IMG/VR virus record: IMGVR_UViG_3300017917_000616
Location: 28,603 to 92,602 of that record
Length of the DNA stretch: 64,000 nucleotides
Strand: one strand, 5' to 3'
Origin: a virus
In this document: one piece after another, positions 49,569 through 56,078 of the stretch
Position numbering within the stretch: position 1 is the first letter of the stretch
Layout of the letters: each line of letters opens with the position of its first letter
Translations under genes and position numbers: made by a program
Notes under the pieces: generated by a model
The model's database searches: none
What the model was told of the DNA's origin: nothing
Seen by the model: the letters and a program-made list of their open reading frames with translations, nothing else

Positions 49569-51328
49569 TTCAAATAAAGAACATTACCTTACGGAATTTT
49601 TTGAGTATTGGACAAGTAACACAAGCAGTTGATTTCAATAAACAGGATCTCACACTGATCTTGGGAGAAAACTTAGACCTAGGTGGCGATGGTGCTAGAA
49701 ATGGTACTGGAAAGACTACTCTTATTCAGGGTCTTTCCTATGCTTTGTTTGGTGTACCTATTAACAACATTCGCAAAGATAACTTAGTTAATAGAACCAA
49801 CGCCAAGGGCATGATGGTTACTCTTGAGTTTAATGTTAACGGAACTGATTATAAAATTGAGCGTGGTAGAAAACCTAACATTCTTAAGTTTTATGTTAAC
49901 AATGAACAACAAAAAGCCTCTGAGGATCAACAAGGCGAGAATAAAGAAACACAAGCAGCCATTGAAAAAATTATACACATGTCACCGGACATGTTTAGAC
50001 ATATTGTGGTTCTAAATACATATACTGAACCTTTTCTGTCACTTAAATCTAATGAGCAACGTGATATCATTGAACAACTTTTGGGTATCACCTTACTTTC
50101 GGAGAAAGCAGAATCTATTAAACTGTTAGTCAAAGATACTAAAGATGAGATACAAGCCGAAGAATTTAAAATCAAAGCCATTGAAGAGGCTAACAAGCGT
50201 GTTAAAGAACAAATCGATTCTGCGAAGCGAAGGCAAAAACTTTGGCAAACAAAACATGACGAAGACCTATCTAAGTTGGCTTTGGCATACGATGAGTTAA
50301 CTAAAATTGATATCAATGTTGAGTTACAGGCTCACAAAGATTTGGTCGCATATAACATCAAACAAAAAGAAATCGATGATTTGAATAAGTTCATTGTTCG
50401 CGGCAAGGCAGACGAAGCTAAAGAACAAAAAATAATCGAAAAACTAAATAAAGAAATTGAAGATTTAAAAAATCATACTTGTTATGCGTGTGGGCAAGAA
50501 TTTCACGATAGTAAGCATGAGCAAGTTCTTGCTACAAAAGAAAAGGCATTACAAGAGGCTGCGCTTCAAGCACTTTCTACGAATAGCCAGTTACTGGAAA
50601 ATGAAGAAAAATTAAAAGGACTAGGCACACTAGGCCCGATTCCCAAAACTCATTATGATACCGAAGCTGAAGCTATTAAGCATTCAAGTCAAATTTCAAA
50701 CATTTTACAACAAATAGAATTGAAGGCAGCTGAAGTAGATCCTTATTCAGAACAAATAGCTGAGATGGAGAGTCAAGCACTACAAGAAATTAGTTTTGAT
50801 AAAATCAATACATTGACTAAGAAAGTAGAACATCAAAAGTTCTTACTTGATTTGTTGACTAGCAAAGACAGTTTTGTTCGTAAAAAAATCATTGACCAGA
50901 ATTTAAGTTACTTAAACGGTAGATTGACACACTACTTAGATAAGATTGGTCTGCCACACACCGTCGTGTTTAAAAATGACCTTCAAGTTGAAATTACCGA
51001 GTTGGGAAGAGAACTTGACTTTGATAATCTAAGTCGAGGTGAACGCAATCGTTTAATTCTTGGTCTGAGTTTTGCTTTCCGTGATGTATGGGAAAACTTA
51101 TACTTACCTATCAATACTTTGTTTATTGACGAATTAATCGATTCTGGACTAGATACAATGGGTGTGGAAAACTCTATTGCAATTCTAAAAGACATGAGCA
51201 GACGTAGACAGAAATCTATTTGGCTTGTCAGTCACCGCGAAGAATTAGCAGGTAGAGTTCCTAATGTACTGAAGGTCGTAAAAGAAAACGGCTTTACTAG
51301 TTATAATACTGCTGTGGAGATAGAATGA
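49565..51328 (+). CDS. Recombination ATPase subunit (T4 gp46, Rad50/SbcC-like)
   Basis: Walker A NGTGKT, coiled coil with CYAC zinc hook, signature LSRGE, Walker B FIDE, VSH. Confidence 0.93.
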   Translation: MIQIKNITLRNFLSIGQVTQAVDFNKQDLTLILGENLDLGGDGARNGTGKTTLIQGLSYALFGVPINNIRKDNLVNRTNAKGMMVTLEFNVNGTDYKIERGRKPNILKFYVNNEQQKASEDQQGENKETQAAIEKIIHMSPDMFRHIVVLNTYTEPFLSLKSNEQRDIIEQLLGITLLSEKAESIKLLVKDTKDEIQAEEFKIKAIEEANKRVKEQIDSAKRRQKLWQTKHDEDLSKLALAYDELTKIDINVELQAHKDLVAYNIKQKEIDDLNKFIVRGKADEAKEQKIIEKLNKEIEDLKNHTCYACGQEFHDSKHEQVLATKEKALQEAALQALSTNSQLLENEEKLKGLGTLGPIPKTHYDTEAEAIKHSSQISNILQQIELKAAEVDPYSEQIAEMESQALQEISFDKINTLTKKVEHQKFLLDLLTSKDSFVRKKIIDQNLSYLNGRLTHYLDKIGLPHTVVFKNDLQVEITELGRELDFDNLSRGERNRLILGLSFAFRDVWENLYLPINTLFIDELIDSGLDTMGVENSIAILKDMSRRRQKSIWLVSHREELAGRVPNVLKVVKENGFTSYNTAVEIE

Positions 51329-51720
51329 AAAAAATTTTTGTAAACGGCACATTCGATTTGTTACATTTGGGGCATTTGGGTATCTTATCCTATGCTAAAA
51401 GTTTAGGAACACATTTGACTGTAGCTATTGATAGTGATAAAAGGGTTAAAAACCTAAAGGGTCCTGACAGACCTATAAACAAAGCATTTGATAGATTGAC
51501 AATGCTAAACGCAATGAAATGTGTTGATACTGTAATAGTTTTTGATACGGACGAAGAACTTATTGACTTAATCAAACAATGTGATATAATGGTTAAAGGC
51601 TCTGATTATAGAGGGCAACCCATTATAGGTGAAGAGTTTGCTAAAGAAATTGTCTTTTTCGAAAGAATAGATGGATACTCAACTACAGAAAAAATTCAAC
51701 GTATTACTAATCGGAGATAA
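51325..51720 (+). CDS. hldC: Heptose 1-phosphate nucleotidyltransferase (HldC/RfaE domain II-like cytidylyltransferase family)
   Basis: NGTFDLLHLGH (HxGH), LKGPDRP, VKGSDY, GYSTT; adjacent to the kinase and the epimerase. Confidence 0.8.
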   Translation: MKKIFVNGTFDLLHLGHLGILSYAKSLGTHLTVAIDSDKRVKNLKGPDRPINKAFDRLTMLNAMKCVDTVIVFDTDEELIDLIKQCDIMVKGSDYRGQPIIGEEFAKEIVFFERIDGYSTTEKIQRITNRR

Positions 51721-52414
51721 TTGTATCGATGTGTACCAATACGGTACTGTTGATAGATTAAGTCCTGAGGCACCTGTTCCGATTTTTGTTCCAACACATA
51801 AAGAAGAACGTGAAGGTATGGTCGGAAACGTATACAAGAATTTACTAGCACTAGGGTGTGAAGTTACACTTGTATGTGGTCATGCTAGTAAGAAAACTAG
51901 ATTAGTTGATGCGAGAAGCAAGCAACAGATTACTAGAGTTGATGAAGATGTTAAATCGATACCTGTTGTGAATGTAGACACAACAGGTTACGATGCCATT
52001 GTTATTAGCGATTATGATAAAGGTGTTGTATCGTATGAGTTAATTGAAAAAATGATTAACACAAAACTTCCGGTTTTTATAGATACTAAAAAAACAGACT
52101 TAGGAAGAATGCAGGGAGCTTGGGTAAAAATCAACGAAGTAGAATATAGTCGTGTTAGGTCTGAATGTACTGGGCTTATTGTAACCAGAGGTTCAAAAGG
52201 AGCAGAAGTAATACATCATGATATTTGGTGTACTGCTCCTAAAATAGAAGTTGTAGATGTTACTGGAGCAGGTGATACTTTCTTGTCTGCTTTAACATAT
52301 CAATATTTGATTACTAAAAATATCAAAACTTCAGTAGAGTTTGCTATTAAGGCATCTAGCATTACTGTGAAACATTTTGGTGTGTACGCACCATCTTTAG
52401 AGGAAATTCAATGA
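51671..52414 (+). CDS. hldA: Heptose 7-phosphate kinase (HldA/RfaE domain I, PfkB family)
   Basis: IGDNCID...RLSPEAPVP, KKTR, SDYDKG, DVTGAGDT. Confidence 0.85.
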   Translation: MDTQLQKKFNVLLIGDNCIDVYQYGTVDRLSPEAPVPIFVPTHKEEREGMVGNVYKNLLALGCEVTLVCGHASKKTRLVDARSKQQITRVDEDVKSIPVVNVDTTGYDAIVISDYDKGVVSYELIEKMINTKLPVFIDTKKTDLGRMQGAWVKINEVEYSRVRSECTGLIVTRGSKGAEVIHHDIWCTAPKIEVVDVTGAGDTFLSALTYQYLITKNIKTSVEFAIKASSITVKHFGVYAPSLEEIQ

Positions 52415-52782
52415 CTAGGTTAGAGGGTTTTGTACAAAAAGGTTGGGGTAGTGAACTGATATTTGCTACCAATGACAAGTATTGTGGTAAAATTTTAAAC
52501 TTTAATGAGGGTGCTAAGTTTAGCATGCACTTTCATGCTCAAAAAGATGAGAGTTGGTTTGTTGTTACCGGTAAGTTTATTGTGAAGTATATTGACACTA
52601 CAAATGCCACCATTCTAGAAAAAGAACTAAATGCCGGTGATACATGGCATAATGAACCATTATTTCCGCATCAGTTGATTTGTTTAGAAGAAGGTATGAT
52701 AGTTGAAGTATCTACCCCCGATAGTGTAGAAGATAACTATAGGGTATTTCCAGGAGACAGTCAAAATGAAACTTGTTGTTGA
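52411..52782 (+). CDS. Cupin-fold sugar isomerase-like protein
   Basis: KGWG.E, SMHFH..K.E, PH and EVST metal-binding cupin pattern. Confidence 0.75.
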   Translation: MTRLEGFVQKGWGSELIFATNDKYCGKILNFNEGAKFSMHFHAQKDESWFVVTGKFIVKYIDTTNATILEKELNAGDTWHNEPLFPHQLICLEEGMIVEVSTPDSVEDNYRVFPGDSQNETCC

Positions 52783-53077
52783 TATCGATGGTACTATATG
52801 TACTAACACAAAAGGAGACTACCAATCTGCAGAACCATACATGGATCGTATTGCTCACTTTAACAAATTGTATGATGAGGGGCATGAGATACATTATTGG
52901 ACTGCTAGGGGAGGCAACACAAATATAGACTGGACTAAACTCACTATGCAGCAATTAAGTGAATGGGGAGTTAAGTATACCACCGCTAGGATGCATAAAC
53001 CTGTTTATGATTTATGGGTGGATGATAAAGCAATGAACGTAGAGGCTTATTTTGAAAATATTACTAACAGGGCATAA
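52766..53077 (+). CDS. Minimal (capless) HAD-family phosphatase
   Basis: VDIDGT (DxDxT), WTARG, KP, DDKA. Confidence 0.8.
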   Translation: MKLVVDIDGTICTNTKGDYQSAEPYMDRIAHFNKLYDEGHEIHYWTARGGNTNIDWTKLTMQQLSEWGVKYTTARMHKPVYDLWVDDKAMNVEAYFENITNRA

Positions 53078-53867
53078 AGGTTTTATAGGTAGAAACATGC
53101 TACAGTATTTGGAAGATAATACTGATTGGCAGGTTGACACTTTTGATTGGCGCGGCGACATTATGCCAGGCATAATGGATAAAGACTGGGTCATACATAT
53201 AGGTGCTATAAGCTCTACAACGGAACGTGATATTGATAAAATCATGAAGCAAAATTATGATTTTTCTCGACAATTGTTTAAAGTATGTAAAACCTATGGA
53301 GTAAATCTACAATATTCTAGTACAGCTAGTTTATATGGAATGGGAACAAACTTCAGCGAAGAGGCACAACTTGATCCTATAACTCCGTACGCATGGTCAA
53401 AATATCTATGTGAGCGTTACCATCAGATGACCCAAGGTGGAAATATTGTACAGGGATTTAGGTATTTCAACGTTTACGGTAACGGGGAAGAACATAAAGG
53501 TAGTCAAGCTAGCCCCATTTCAAAATTCAAAAAACTAGCAGAAAACAACGAGCCTATTAAAATTTTTGAAGGTTCGAATGAATATTTTCGTGATTTTGTC
53601 TGTGTAACAGACGTATGTAGAGTACATGTTGAATTCATCAAAAATGTAAAAGAATCAGGTATTTTTAACATAGGTACTGGAAAAGCACGTAGCTTTCAAG
53701 AAGTCGCTGACTTGATTTCTAGCAATCAAGAATACATTCCTATACCAGAACATCTGCTTAGAAGCTATCAAAAATACACATGTAGCGATAATTCTAAGCT
53801 AGAGCGGGTACTAGGACCGCAAAAATGGATAACAATAGAAGATTTTTTAAAGTCACAAAAAGTTTGA
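53052..53867 (+). CDS. hldD: ADP-L-glycero-D-manno-heptose 6-epimerase-like SDR
   Basis: TGHKGFIG, HIGAISSTTE, YAWSK (YxxxK), FRYFNVYG..E.HKGSQAS, RDFV, YQKYT; TTG start. Confidence 0.88.
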   Translation: MKILLTGHKGFIGRNMLQYLEDNTDWQVDTFDWRGDIMPGIMDKDWVIHIGAISSTTERDIDKIMKQNYDFSRQLFKVCKTYGVNLQYSSTASLYGMGTNFSEEAQLDPITPYAWSKYLCERYHQMTQGGNIVQGFRYFNVYGNGEEHKGSQASPISKFKKLAENNEPIKIFEGSNEYFRDFVCVTDVCRVHVEFIKNVKESGIFNIGTGKARSFQEVADLISSNQEYIPIPEHLLRSYQKYTCSDNSKLERVLGPQKWITIEDFLKSQKV

Positions 53868-53878
53868 TAAGTATGATT

Positions 53879-54433
53879 ATGCCAAGTCCACAGAAACAGA
53901 AGGGTTCAGGTTTTGAACGAGAAGTTGCTAAGTTTTTAAGCAATTTATATAACGAGAGTTTTATCCGAGCACCAGGATCCGGAGCGTATGTGGGCGGTAC
54001 AAATCAATCTAGGAAAGAATTCCTACATGAAGGTCAAATTCGTAGCTTTAAAGGGGACATAGTTCCTGGACAAAGTTTTTCGAAAATGAATGCTGAATGT
54101 AAGAGTTACAAAGACTTCCCCTTTCACCTACTTCTTACAGGTGAATGCGCTCAATTTGACAAGTGGCTAGAACAACTGTTAGATGTAGCAGATCCTGATG
54201 ATATGAACATTCTGTTTATGAAATTCAATCGTATAGGTCGTTATGTCGCTGTACAACCAAAACTAACATGGATGATTGATAGTTTCACTTTCTATGGTAG
54301 TAAAAAGTACGGTGATTGGTATATCACAGAGTTCGACAACTTTTTCAAACTCAATAAAGACTTAGTAAAACTTTACTCAGGCTCATCAGACACCAAGTCA
54401 ATCTCAACTCCCAAACAATTAATTCAGGCTTAA
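53879..54433 (+). CDS. PD-(D/E)xK nuclease, Holliday junction resolvase (Hjc-like)
   Basis: KGSGFEREVA...SGA...GDI...AECK. Likely start MPSPQ, 5 nt after a GATAAGTA box; the ORF track starts at 53825. Confidence 0.75.
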   Translation: MPSPQKQKGSGFEREVAKFLSNLYNESFIRAPGSGAYVGGTNQSRKEFLHEGQIRSFKGDIVPGQSFSKMNAECKSYKDFPFHLLLTGECAQFDKWLEQLLDVADPDDMNILFMKFNRIGRYVAVQPKLTWMIDSFTFYGSKKYGDWYITEFDNFFKLNKDLVKLYSGSSDTKSISTPKQLIQA

Positions 54434-54444
54434 TATAAATTAAA

Positions 54445-54810
54445 AATTAGCAGGCTGTGTTTGACAGTCCTCCTTGAAGAAGCGTGAAATATCGCCGATG
54501 GATCTGGAGTATCGATGTTAGTAATAACATCGGATCACCGAGAGGGCAATCTGTCTAGGGAACCCTCAATGAGTACATATCTAATTCCATTTTGCGGATA
54601 TGTAACATGCGTTGTCGAGGCATCATATAATAGAGAATATGACAGTCTCACTACAAACCCGTAAAAATTTACAGGACAACCGGTGACATGTGAGAACAAA
54701 AACGGTTACTCATGTGGGGTATAAATGGCAATGGATGACGGGCATGGCAAGTCTTTTCCAATGGTAGTGCTGAAATAGCACTACCATGGCTTCAAAGCGG
54801 CAAGTATAGT
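54445..54810 (+). ncRNA. Putative large structured non-coding RNA (family unassigned, ends approximate)
   Basis: Nested helices, including CGATGTTA-GTAA-TAACATCG, long-range TCACCG/CGGTGA and GTTGTC/GACAAC, TACATATC/GATATGTA and an 11-bp ATGGTAGTGCT/AGCACTACCAT. A GNRA loop and G-U pairs work on the plus strand. TATAAAT box at 54434-54440. Confidence 0.7.
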
Positions 54811-54844
54811 TTCCCCTTAATAAAGTGAATACAGAATTAAAACG

Positions 54845-54903
54845 ATGCTGAACAATACGAACGAAGTGAGTATTGTGATAGCATAGATGACCGAAGGTCA
54901 TCT
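54845..54903 (+). other. Two adjacent hairpins with cGAAg triloops and tandem GA mismatches (ssDNA-type structure, possibly also a terminator)
   Basis: ATGCT-GA-ACAATAC-GA-AC-GAA-GT-GA-GTATTGT-GA-T-AGCAT followed directly by AGATGACC-GAA-GGTCATCT. Confidence 0.75.
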
Positions 54904-54955
54904 TTAAATGAGTGTGACAATTACCCTAAGTTACTATAATGAATAGCTACGGATA

Positions 54956-55183
54956 TTAAAAGAATGGCAATCTAGAATTCTTAGTAGTTTCTAAGTTTTC
55001 TTCAATCAGTTTAGCTATACTTTCTCTTTCACTCATACTCATATTAAGTATATCGGTGTAGGAAGCCCCGCCTCTCATATACCAAGCCATTTTTAATGAA
55101 TTGGCTTTGATGGCTTTACACTCCTCTTCCATTTGACTTATCAACTTCTTAATTTCCTCGGAGTCAAGGAAAAGAAGTCTCAT
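54956..55183 (-). CDS. Baseplate hub assembly catalyst (gp51-like position)
   Basis: Short ORF (WYMRGG.SY..I.NM...ER) coupled by ATGA to the gp26-like gene. Confidence 0.6.
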   Translation of the reverse strand: MRLLFLDSEEIKKLISQMEEECKAIKANSLKMAWYMRGGASYTDILNMSMSERESIAKLIEENLETTKNSRLPFF

Positions 55184-56007
55184 GCGAAAAAATCGGATAC
55201 GTTGATGTTAAATGGCTGATCGTATTCATGTTGACAATGAATACATTGAAAATGTAATGGTTTAGTTTCAGTAGATTTTTTAAGTTCTACACTGTAGTTT
55301 CGTATCTGGTCATATGTTTTTAGGTCGCAATTATCTAAAAACTCTTTAATATGGCTTCTATCTAGCACAGTGGCGTTTGGTGTTTTTACATATTCGATAG
55401 ATTCTAATACCAATTCTCTAGCCAGATCATTCATACTTTTAATCAACTCACTACTTTGCTTATCACGCTCAGGGCTATCGTCCATAGCACTGATTCTGTT
55501 CAACTGATATTGAACCTCAAACTGTGCGGATCCAGCTTTATTGATTTTAGTAAAATCTAAAGGTTTAAACTTAATTTTTAGTTCACTGATATCTAACGTT
55601 TTAGCATAATTTCCGGGCTTATAGTTTCCTAATAAACCAGTAAGATTAATATCATACTTGCCCTCTTCTGTGCAGCTTGGGCATACAGTTTCTATTTCCA
55701 TAGTATCGCCATTGCTAGCAATCTTAATAGCAAGCAAGACCGCATCTAAATCTAGTTGAAGAATATGCCATGGATCTTTTATGTTTGGGGCACAGCTTTT
55801 AATCAGTTCTGTAACAGCAATACCGTTGAATAAAGCATCGGGAGTTCTGCTGGTGATTTCATCAATCGCAGTCATAGGATAAATGGGTATTTCTCCGTTG
55901 TCAGGTAAATCTATACTACCCTCTGGGTAACCTTGTCCCCCTGAGGGCAACTTCAGGTACAGAGCAGGTCTACGAAAATAGTTTTGTAATGGGTTGATAT
56001 CTGACAT
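55180..56007 (-). CDS. Baseplate hub assembly protein (T4 gp26-like)
   Basis: LKLPS.G, I.PMT..DE, D...L.IKIAS.G, CPSC and CIHC. Confidence 0.8.
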   Translation of the reverse strand: MSDINPLQNYFRRPALYLKLPSGGQGYPEGSIDLPDNGEIPIYPMTAIDEITSRTPDALFNGIAVTELIKSCAPNIKDPWHILQLDLDAVLLAIKIASNGDTMEIETVCPSCTEEGKYDINLTGLLGNYKPGNYAKTLDISELKIKFKPLDFTKINKAGSAQFEVQYQLNRISAMDDSPERDKQSSELIKSMNDLARELVLESIEYVKTPNATVLDRSHIKEFLDNCDLKTYDQIRNYSVELKKSTETKPLHFQCIHCQHEYDQPFNINVSDFFA

Positions 56008-56037
56008 TTTTTCTCCTAAAACGTTGATTTTTTATAT

Positions 56038-56067
56038 ACTAAATACAATTATACCAAAGTATTTATA
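56038..56067. promoter_or_regulatory. Face-to-face late promoters: ACTAAATA (plus, 56038-56045) and TATAAATA (minus, 56067-56060)
   Basis: Both lie in the 71-nt gap between divergent genes; the minus-strand box is the exact T4 late consensus. Confidence 0.7.
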
Positions 56068-56078
56068 GACCCTAAACC

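Noticed and set aside
54710-54901. 63-aa minus-strand ORF in the non-coding island
   Set aside because: No recognisable motif or ribosome-binding site, and it runs through perfect hairpins. Structural constraint explains the region better.
54434-54955. Group I/II intron, tmRNA, RNase P RNA, retron or CRISPR identity for the structured island
   Set aside because: The flanking genes are complete and convergent. I found no domain V, tRNA-like ends, GAGGAAAGUCC motif or repeat-spacer pattern, and there is no reverse transcriptase in the window. An Rfam search is still needed.
55170-55200. Programmed frameshift joining the gp26-like and gp51-like ORFs (TTTTTTC run)
   Set aside because: An ordinary ATGA stop-start overlap already explains the coupling.
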